Source of the DNA: Dehalococcoidia bacterium
GTDB taxonomy: Bacteria; Chloroflexota; Dehalococcoidia; Bin125
NCBI GenBank assembly: GCA_963663895.2
Contig: CAXXRD010000001.1
Location: forward strand, 576,001 to 640,000
Direction: 5' to 3'
Length of the DNA stretch: 64,000 nt
Under the pieces are notes generated by a model. It ran no database searches. It saw only the letters and a list, made by a program, of their open reading frames with translations, and was not told the origin of the DNA. A program made the translations under genes and the position numbers. Positions 57,201 through 64,000 of this stretch are shown piece after piece; the stretch's first letter is position 1; every line of letters starts with the position of its first letter.

Positions 57201-57530
57201 GTGGCATACGACGAACGCCTGGCGGAGCGGATTCGGGAGGTCCTGGGCCGCAAGCGCGACGTGCGGGAGCAAAAGATGTTCGGCGGCCTCTGCTTCCTCC
57301 TGCGAGGCAACATGTGCTGCGGGATCGTCGGCGACGAGCTCATCGTCCGGGTAGGGCCGGACGCATACGAAGCCTCGCTCGCGCGGCCGCACGCCCGGCC
57401 GATGGACTTCACAGGCCGTCCGATGCGAGGGCTGGTGTACGTCGCAGCCCCAGGACTGCGAACCAAGCGCGCGCTTTCGCAGTGGCTGGACCGGGGCGTG
57501 GTTTTCGCATCGTCGCTTCCTCCCAAGTAA
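57201..57530 (+). CDS. TfoX/Sxy N-terminal domain protein
   Basis: MAYDERLAERIR..KMFGG..GNM..RVG..MDFTGRPM.G..LPPK; GGGAG RBS. Confidence 0.9.
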   Translation: MAYDERLAERIREVLGRKRDVREQKMFGGLCFLLRGNMCCGIVGDELIVRVGPDAYEASLARPHARPMDFTGRPMRGLVYVAAPGLRTKRALSQWLDRGVVFASSLPPK

Positions 57531-57678
57531 GCCCACCCCTCCTCGCAAAGAAGCAGACAGGCGAGGGACAGCGCTCCCGTCCCGTCCGGCGCCGCGGAGC
57601 GGCGAGCGGCCCGGCGCGCGTTGACGCTCCGGAGGGCCGCGCCTAGCCTGCCCCTCTCTGCAGCGAGTAACACGGGAG

Positions 57679-58491
57679 ATGCCGATGGCCGGCCGACTGG
57701 AAGGCAAGGTCGCCTTGATCACGGGCGGCGGCTCCGGAATGGGACGCGCAGCCGCGCTGCGCTTCACGCGCGAGGGCGCCAAAGTCGTCCTCGCCGACAT
57801 CGCCGACGACGGCGGCAACGAAACGGTGCGGCTAGTCACCGCGGCCGGCGGCGACGCCACCTACGTCCGCTGCGACGTGGCCAGCGCGCGCGATGTGGAG
57901 TCCGCAGTTGCGCGGACGGTCGCCGCCTACGGCCGGTTGGATTGCGCCTTCAACAACGCGGGAATCGAAGGCGCACCCGGCAGTTTCATCGGGGACGTCG
58001 AAGAAGAAGACTGGGATCGCGTCCACGCCATCAACCTCAAGGGCGTGTGGCTCTGCATGAAATACGAGATCCGGCAGTTCCTCGCGCAAGGGAGCCCGGG
58101 CGCGATCGTCAACAACGCCTCGGCCGCCGCGCTCTCGGGATGGCCTGAAGGATCGGTCTACGCCGCGGCGAAGTCGGGCGTGATCTCCCTCACCAAGACC
58201 GCCGGACTGGAGTACGGATCGAAGGGGATCCGGGTGAACGCCGTCTGTCCCGGATTCATTCGCACGCCCATGGCCGAGCGCATGTTCGTCGATTTCCCCG
58301 AGCTGCCCAAGCTCTACGCCGACCTGACTCCCTTGGGCCGGGTCGGCGAAGCGGCCGAGGTCGCGGAGGCTGTCGCCTGGCTCTGCTCGGCCGAGGCCTC
58401 CTTCGTCTCCGGAGCCGTGCTTTCGGTGGACGGCTCACTCATGGCCGGGGGCGGCGCTCCCCCCGCCGGTATCGGCGCCGACCTCGAATAG
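57679..58491 (+). CDS. Short-chain dehydrogenase/reductase
   Basis: TGGGSGMG, FNNAGI, YAAAK, VDG. Confidence 0.94.
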   Translation: MPMAGRLEGKVALITGGGSGMGRAAALRFTREGAKVVLADIADDGGNETVRLVTAAGGDATYVRCDVASARDVESAVARTVAAYGRLDCAFNNAGIEGAPGSFIGDVEEEDWDRVHAINLKGVWLCMKYEIRQFLAQGSPGAIVNNASAAALSGWPEGSVYAAAKSGVISLTKTAGLEYGSKGIRVNAVCPGFIRTPMAERMFVDFPELPKLYADLTPLGRVGEAAEVAEAVAWLCSAEASFVSGAVLSVDGSLMAGGGAPPAGIGADLE

Positions 58492-58624
58492 CGCCGAACT
58501 CCACCCGGATCGCGGCGCGGAGATGGACCGCCCAGCGTGACGTGGCGCCCGCGTGCGTCCGGGCGCGGGCGGCGATGCTAGCGTGATCCGCGCCGAAACC
58601 CGTGAACCCAAAGGAGTCTGTGCG

Positions 58625-59017
58625 ATGAAAAAAGAGACGTTCCGAGTCGATGGTATCTCCCAAGTGCTCGAAAAGGCGCAGGTGCCCCTCTCGCCCGTTG
58701 TCAAGGCAGGCGATTTCGTCTTCGTCTCGGGCATGCCTCCGCTCGACCCCGTTTCGGGCACCGTGCCTCGCGCGGACATCGTGCGGCAGACGGAGCTAGT
58801 GCTGGAAAACGTGAAGGCGGCCTTGGAAGCGGCTGGCTCGTCACTAGCGAAAGTCGTCAAAACCACGGTCTACATCGCCAACGCGGCCTACTTCCCCACC
58901 GTCAACGAGGTCTACGCGCGCTACTTCCCGCACGACCCGCCCGCCCGCACCTTCGCCACCGTGGGCTCTTGGCCCTGGGAATTCGACATCGAGATCGAGT
59001 GCGTGGCCATCGCCTGA
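58625..59017 (+). CDS. RidA/YjgF family protein
   Basis: FVSG, LENVKAALEAAGSSL..VVK, NEVYARYF..PPART, IEIEC; AAGGAG RBS. Confidence 0.92.
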   Translation: MKKETFRVDGISQVLEKAQVPLSPVVKAGDFVFVSGMPPLDPVSGTVPRADIVRQTELVLENVKAALEAAGSSLAKVVKTTVYIANAAYFPTVNEVYARYFPHDPPARTFATVGSWPWEFDIEIECVAIA

Positions 59018-59169
59018 CGCGGCTTCCCCGCACCGCCGGCGAGCCGCTCAACGCTGTTTAGGCGAATGGGGCAGGCCGCTGGAGTGGATCGAGGCGACCT
59101 CGCTAGTCGTATTGACGCGGCGTGCATGGCGAGTTGCCGTACCATCACCGCGCGAGACGAGAGGACATC

Positions 59170-60009
59170 ATGGCGATCTGGGAACTGATCGTGGATGCGC
59201 TCAGCAGCGCTCACCGTGGCGGTCAAGAGTGGCTCAGCGCGAGGGAAATCATCCAGGCCGTCGAGGGGATCGCGCCCGAAACGAACGACCGGACCATTCG
59301 CCTTCAGGTGAAGTTCCGCTGCATCAATGACCCAAGCAAGAGGAATGGGCCCGGCCTGCAGTATCTGAAGAACCCGCTATTCATCACCGATAATCCCGCT
59401 ATGTACGGTAAGCGCTACCGGCTGCTCTCGGAAGCAGAACGCAACACGTTCCTTGCCAATCCGCGAGAAGACCTCGATCAGTACAGCTACACCCAAGTGC
59501 TGGAGTGGCTGCAAAACTCAGCAACCCCAATAGTCATTGGAGATGGTGAGGACACCTCCGACGAGGAGTCCAGCGACGATCTGGCGGGACCAGCCTTACT
59601 TGAACTGCACTTACAAGACTATCTCTTCCGGAATTGGAAGCAGCACTTCCCTGATCTGGATCTCTACAAGGGAACACGTGGCCGAGAATTCGTCACTACC
59701 GATCCAGGCGTCGGCATCATCGACTTTCTCTGTACCGACCGCGATGGCAACTTCGTCGTCATTGAGACCAAGCGCGACCGCCCGGACCGAAAGGCTATCG
59801 GACAGGTCCTCGGGTACATGGGCTGGGTGAGCACGAGGCTGGCTGAAGGACGCCGCGTGAGCGGCATCCTGATCGCGAACTCAGGCTCAGACTCGTTACG
59901 CATGGCGATCGCCGCCGTTCCGAACCTCGAACTCAGGGTCTATGAACTGTCGTTCGCAGTTCACCGCGAGCAGCCACAAAATCGCAAGAGGACGAGCGAG
60001 GCCACCTAA
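59170..60009 (+). CDS. NucS/DUF91-like PD-(D/E)XK endonuclease with uncharacterised N-terminal domain
   Basis: LE..LQDYL..NW, GREF..GIIDFLC.D..FVVIETK..IGQVLGYMGWV..VSGILIA; GAGG RBS; lower GC. Confidence 0.85.
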   Translation: MAIWELIVDALSSAHRGGQEWLSAREIIQAVEGIAPETNDRTIRLQVKFRCINDPSKRNGPGLQYLKNPLFITDNPAMYGKRYRLLSEAERNTFLANPREDLDQYSYTQVLEWLQNSATPIVIGDGEDTSDEESSDDLAGPALLELHLQDYLFRNWKQHFPDLDLYKGTRGREFVTTDPGVGIIDFLCTDRDGNFVVIETKRDRPDRKAIGQVLGYMGWVSTRLAEGRRVSGILIANSGSDSLRMAIAAVPNLELRVYELSFAVHREQPQNRKRTSEAT

Positions 60010-60237
60010 AGTAATCATCTCCTCCTTGCAGATCGCCTCGTTCGGCAACCTCGGATTAGATCAGACGCCACAGTGATCTCGAAATGGCGGGCGCGGGCTG
60101 CTTGTGCACGAAGGATGCGGAAGCCAACCGTTGGGAGAAGAGGCAGGGCAGGGTAGTAGAAAGAGCGTTCCCGATCTCGTCCGCGAGAGGAACTCGGTTG
60201 ACGGTCCCGCCGGACAGTACCTAGACTCCCGACTCGC

Positions 60238-60254
60238 ATAAGAATACCTCTCAT
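60238..60254. promoter_or_regulatory. Possible Fur/Zur-type operator upstream of the metal permease
   Basis: ATAAGAAT-A-CCTCTCAT imperfect inverted repeat resembling ATGAGAAT-N-ATTCTCAT; Fur-family gene in the same operon. Confidence 0.4.
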
Positions 60255-60276
60255 TTTAACGAGGTGGAGCCGGCCG

Positions 60277-61128
60277 CTGGATTGGCTCACCGATCCTTGG
60301 CAATTCGAGTTCATGCGGCGCGCGTTCCTCGCCGGCGCGGTCGTCGCCGTGGCCGCGCCGGTGGTGGGCACGTTCGTCATCGTCCGAGGGCTTGCCTTCC
60401 TCGGCGACGCGGTAGCCCATACGCAACTGGCTGGCGCGGCGGTCGCCTTGGTGGCGGGAGCAAGCTCCGTGCTGATCACGCTGGGAGCCGCGGTCGCCGC
60501 GGTGCTCACGGCGCTCGGCGTCGTGGGGCTGACCCGGCGCGCGCAGGTCCGCGAGGATACGGCGATCGGGATGCTGTTCGCGGGATTCTTCGCCTTCGGC
60601 ATACTCCTCGTCAGCCGTCAGCGAAACTTCGCCGTCGATCTCAACAACTTGCTTGTCGGCAACATCTTGGGCGTCGCCGATCAGGACCTGATCGTGATGG
60701 GCGCGCTCGCAGCCGTCGTACTCGCGGCGACGTGGCTCTTCTACGCAGAGCTTCGCTACGTGGCCTACGACCCGGAGATGGCGGCGGCCAGCGGGGTGCC
60801 CGTCACGCTTGTCCAGGTCGGCCTGCTGGTTTTGATCTCGCTGGGGGCGGTCGTCGCATTCCGGCTCGTAGGGGTCATCCTGACCCTGGCGATGCTCGTT
60901 GCTCCAGCCGCCACGGCGGCGCTGCTCTTCCGAACGCTGCCTCGGATCATGTTCGGCGGGGTAGCGGCGGGGATCGCATCGATCGTGATCGGGCTCTATG
61001 CCTCGTTCCACGCCAACGTGGCCGCCGGCCCCGCGATCGTGCTGGCCGCGGTCGCCCTATTCGGACTGGCCTTCCTCGTCTCGCCGCGAGGGCTGCTGCA
61101 GCGGCGGGCGGTTCCGTTCCACCAGTAA
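60277..61128 (+). CDS. Zn/Mn ABC transporter permease (ZnuB/MntB-like); probable CTG start
   Basis: (M)DWLTDPWQFEFMRRA, GTFVIVRGLAFLGDAVAH, EDTAIG, L.GNILGV, YDPEMA, VGVIL..APAATA. Confidence 0.92.
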   Translation: MDWLTDPWQFEFMRRAFLAGAVVAVAAPVVGTFVIVRGLAFLGDAVAHTQLAGAAVALVAGASSVLITLGAAVAAVLTALGVVGLTRRAQVREDTAIGMLFAGFFAFGILLVSRQRNFAVDLNNLLVGNILGVADQDLIVMGALAAVVLAATWLFYAELRYVAYDPEMAAASGVPVTLVQVGLLVLISLGAVVAFRLVGVILTLAMLVAPAATAALLFRTLPRIMFGGVAAGIASIVIGLYASFHANVAAGPAIVLAAVALFGLAFLVSPRGLLQRRAVPFHQ

Positions 61129-61151
61129 CCCGCGACTGCTAGGGTGGTGGG

Positions 61152-61634
61152 GTGACTAGGGCGGTGTCCGCGACGCAGGATGCCAGTGTGGCGGCGCTTC
61201 CGGCGCTGCACACGGCGATCGCTGGCCGCTTGGAGGCTGCGCGTCAGCGCTACTCGCGCGGGCGGCGAGCTTTGGTCGATGTGTTGGCCGGATCGGAACG
61301 GCCCGTCACCTCGGCGGAGATCGCGCTGCGCGATCCCATGCTGTCGCTCAGCTCCGTTTACCGCAACCTCAGCGTTTTGGAGCAGGCGGGCGTCGTCCGG
61401 CGATTAGTCACGCAGGAAGACAACGCCCGCTACGAACTCTCGGAAGAGCTGACCGCCCATCACGATCACCTGATCTGTGAGCAGTGCGGCGAGGTCAGCG
61501 ACTACACGCTGGGGGCTCAGTTGGAGCAGGCGATCACCGCCGCGCTGGATACGCTCGCAAAGCGGTCGAGCTTCCACCCGCGCCGTCACCACCTGGAGAT
61601 TGCCGGGCTCTGCGATCGCTGTGCCGAACCGTGA
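61152..61634 (+). CDS. Fur family transcriptional regulator (Zur-like)
   Basis: LSSVYRNL, HHDHLICEQCG, GLCDRC. Confidence 0.92.
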   Translation: MTRAVSATQDASVAALPALHTAIAGRLEAARQRYSRGRRALVDVLAGSERPVTSAEIALRDPMLSLSSVYRNLSVLEQAGVVRRLVTQEDNARYELSEELTAHHDHLICEQCGEVSDYTLGAQLEQAITAALDTLAKRSSFHPRRHHLEIAGLCDRCAEP

Positions 61635-61710
61635 GGTCTGCGCGGCTCGCCGCCGCCACGGGCCAGGCAGACGGCACTAGGCTCTCAAGGCAGTACGGAA
61701 CGCGCATCGC

Positions 61711-62691
61711 ATGCCGGCGATCGTCACGAAGCAACTGACGAAGCACTTCTCCGCGACGGTTAGAGCCGTCGACGGGATCGACCTGACGGTTCCAAAGGGC
61801 TGCGTCTTCGCATTCCTGGGAGCCAACGGATCCGGAAAGACCACGACGATCCGCATGCTCACCACCCTGTTGCGCCCGACCGCGGGCGAGGCCACGGTGC
61901 TCGGGCTCAATGTGCGGCAGGATGGCGCCGCGCTGCGCAAGCGCATCGGCGTTGCGCTGCAGGAAGCCGGCCTGGACGACCTGCAAACGGGCCGCGAGCT
62001 GCTGCGCCTGCAATGCCATCTGTACGGGCTGCCCTCGCACATGGTGCGGCAGCGGACGCAAGAGCTGTTACAAGCGGTCGACATGGGGGAGGCCGCGGAC
62101 CGGCGGGTGGGAACCTATTCCGGCGGCATGCGCCGCCGCATCGATTTGGCCTCGGCGCTCGTGCACAGTCCCGAACTGGTCTTCCTGGACGAGCCCACCA
62201 CCGGACTCGATCCGATCAGCCGCGAAGCGCTGCACCAGCAGATCCTCTCGCTCAATCGCGAAGACAACGTGACCTTCTTTCTGACGACGCAGTACCTGGA
62301 GGAAGCCGACAAACTGGCAGATGAGGTGGCGATCATCGACCGCGGCCGGATCGTGGCCCAAGGCTCGCCCGCCGCCCTCAAGGCAACGATCGCCACCGAC
62401 GTCGTCACGATCGGAGTGCGCGGCGCGGAGGCCGCGCTGGCGGCGGTGGCAGAGCAACTCGGCCACCTCGAAGGGGCAGAGTCGGTGCGGCGCGTCGATG
62501 AGTCGCTGGTGGTCTACATCCGAGATGGCAGCATGCAGATCGCCCCGATCGTGCAGCTTCTGAGCGAAAACGGCGTCGCGGCGCGGACGGTGACCCTGGC
62601 GCAGCCCACTCTGGACGATGTGTTCTTGCGCAAAACGGGATACCACATGGTCGAGCACGAGGACGACGACGCAGAGGGCGACAGCGCATGA
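61711..62691 (+). CDS. ABC-2 type exporter ATP-binding protein (DrrA-like)
   Basis: GANGSGKTT, YSGGMRRR, LDEPTTGLD, TTQYLEEAD, PTLDDVF. Confidence 0.94.
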   Translation: MPAIVTKQLTKHFSATVRAVDGIDLTVPKGCVFAFLGANGSGKTTTIRMLTTLLRPTAGEATVLGLNVRQDGAALRKRIGVALQEAGLDDLQTGRELLRLQCHLYGLPSHMVRQRTQELLQAVDMGEAADRRVGTYSGGMRRRIDLASALVHSPELVFLDEPTTGLDPISREALHQQILSLNREDNVTFFLTTQYLEEADKLADEVAIIDRGRIVAQGSPAALKATIATDVVTIGVRGAEAALAAVAEQLGHLEGAESVRRVDESLVVYIRDGSMQIAPIVQLLSENGVAARTVTLAQPTLDDVFLRKTGYHMVEHEDDDAEGDSA

Positions 62692-63452
62692 GCGCGCTCA
62701 TCCGATCCACCTTCCAGCTCTCCTGGCGCTCGCTGAGGGAAACCGTCCGGCAACCGGGGGTCGAGGTACAGAACCTTTTCATCCCTTTGTTCTTTTTCGC
62801 GACCGGCGTGGGCGCACTGAGCAGCATCGCCGCGGGCGCGTTCGAGATCGACAACTACACCGGCTTCCAGTTGCCCGTGGCCTTCCTCACCGCGATCGCG
62901 GGCGCGGCCAGCATCTCGGGCCTGGCCGCGGTGCTGGACATCGAGCGCGGCTACCTCGACAAGTTGCTGCTCACGCCCGCTCCCCGGTCATCACTGGTCT
63001 TGGGGCGCATGCTGGCAGACAGCGTTCGGGGGGCGCTTTTAACGCTGATCATCCTCATCGTGGGGTTGATCGCCGGCTCGGGACTGGAGACCGGCGTCGG
63101 GGGGGCGCTCGTCATCCTCGCCATCGCCGCGGTCTTCGGCATGGCGTACTCCGCGATCGGGCTGGGGCTGGGGCTGCGAACGGGGAACCTGCAAGCAGCC
63201 CAGGCGGGACTCCTAGTCTTCTTCCCGCTGCTGTTCTTGTCGCCCGCCTTCGCACCAACGGACGTCTTCGCTCCCTGGCTTGACGCACTCGCCACCGTCA
63301 ACCCCGTGACTTACATCCTCACGGGAATTCGCGCGCTGGTGCTGGAGGGCTGGGACGGTGAAGCCATCGGGCTGGCCTTCGGATGCACCCTCGGCCTGGG
63401 TACCGTCACCACGCTATTCGCGTTCTGGGGGCTCCGTCACCGCACGCGCTAA
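62688..63452 (+). CDS. ABC-2 type exporter permease (DrrB-like)
   Basis: DIERGYLDKLLLTP, PLLFLS.AF.P, NPVTY; six TM helices; ATGA overlap. Confidence 0.92.
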   Translation: MSALIRSTFQLSWRSLRETVRQPGVEVQNLFIPLFFFATGVGALSSIAAGAFEIDNYTGFQLPVAFLTAIAGAASISGLAAVLDIERGYLDKLLLTPAPRSSLVLGRMLADSVRGALLTLIILIVGLIAGSGLETGVGGALVILAIAAVFGMAYSAIGLGLGLRTGNLQAAQAGLLVFFPLLFLSPAFAPTDVFAPWLDALATVNPVTYILTGIRALVLEGWDGEAIGLAFGCTLGLGTVTTLFAFWGLRHRTR

Positions 63453-63463
63453 GCGGGCGGCGC

Positions 63464-64000
63464 TCAGGCGACCGCAACAGCACCAGCTTTGATCGCGGGC
63501 AGAACTTCCTGCGCGAAGAGGCGCATGCTGGCCTCGACATCGGCGGTCGGCATGCCGCCGTAGGCGAAGACAAACGAGATGTGCTGCGCGCCGGTCTTCT
63601 TCTGCAGTTCGAGGATCTTCTCGATCGTTTGGTCGGGCGTGCCCCACGGCTGCAGGCTGCAGTAGAAGGCGGCGCCTCCGTCATCGCCGGCGCGCGTCAG
63701 CGCATCCGCGATGTTGCCGTAGAACTCATAGCCCTTAATGTCACGGAAATGCGACCCGGCGAGCTCGTAGTGCTCCATCGCCGTGCCGTAGTAGAAGCCC
63801 ATGTACTTGCGTACCATCTCCTCGACGTGGTCGGGATCGTGGTGCACGTACGTAAAGGACGTGAGAATCGGTGGCGGCGCCGCGGTGCCGTTGGCACGCT
63901 GATAGGCGCCACGGTAGGTCTCGAGATCCTGCAAAATCTGCGGCCACGGCTTCTGCGGGTTGATCAGCAGGCCCAAGCCGAGGCCGGCGATGATGTCGTA
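63464..64000 (-). CDS. LLM class flavin-dependent oxidoreductase, 3' part (runs off the window)
   Basis: GLGLLINPQKPW, WGTPDQ.IEKI, FAYGGM..SMRLFAQEVLP; similar to the 34471-35604 paralogue. Confidence 0.88.
   Translation of the reverse strand, partial: YDIIAGLGLGLLINPQKPWPQILQDLETYRGAYQRANGTAAPPPILTSFTYVHHDPDHVEEMVRKYMGFYYGTAMEHYELAGSHFRDIKGYEFYGNIADALTRAGDDGGAAFYCSLQPWGTPDQTIEKILELQKKTGAQHISFVFAYGGMPTADVEASMRLFAQEVLPAIKAGAVAVA

Overview
High-GC bacterial window of about 55 genes, mostly accessory catabolism. The gene mix (three luciferase-like monooxygenases, an F420-dependent DDN-family reductase, several SDRs, family-5 solute-binding proteins, hydantoinase-B paralogues, duplicated TPP E1 alpha/beta pairs, an FN3-like domain fused to an SBP) resembles Chloroflexota/Dehalococcoidia of the SAR202 type. 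That assignment is an inference, since no marker gene is present. No rRNA, complete tRNA or CRISPR array was seen. Main observations: (1) a DsbA/thioredoxin-fold lipoprotein at 14201-14815 (-) that the ORF track splits; it has an in-frame TGA at the first Cys of the CxxC motif (DFQ-U-PGC) followed by a SECIS-like hairpin, so it is probably a selenoprotein. (2) A phosphate/polyphosphate locus at about 37.3-44.2 kb: arsC, an aquaporin, an unannotated 59-aa His/Cys-rich ORF, Ppx/GppA, two tandem thymidylate-kinase-like proteins, SixA and a CYTH-CHAD protein. It has 11-bp-period Pho-box-like repeats but no ppk and no arsR in the window, so the TMK-like pair is a candidate uncharacterised polyP-linked kinase. 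(3) Three genes whose family-typical N-termini begin at non-canonical ATA/CTG codons. (4) Small foreign-looking inserts: an exonuclease-BRCT gene with an IS1595 remnant behind a tRNA-like scar, and a NucS-like nuclease with attC-like flanks. (5) Several frameshifted or truncated genes.
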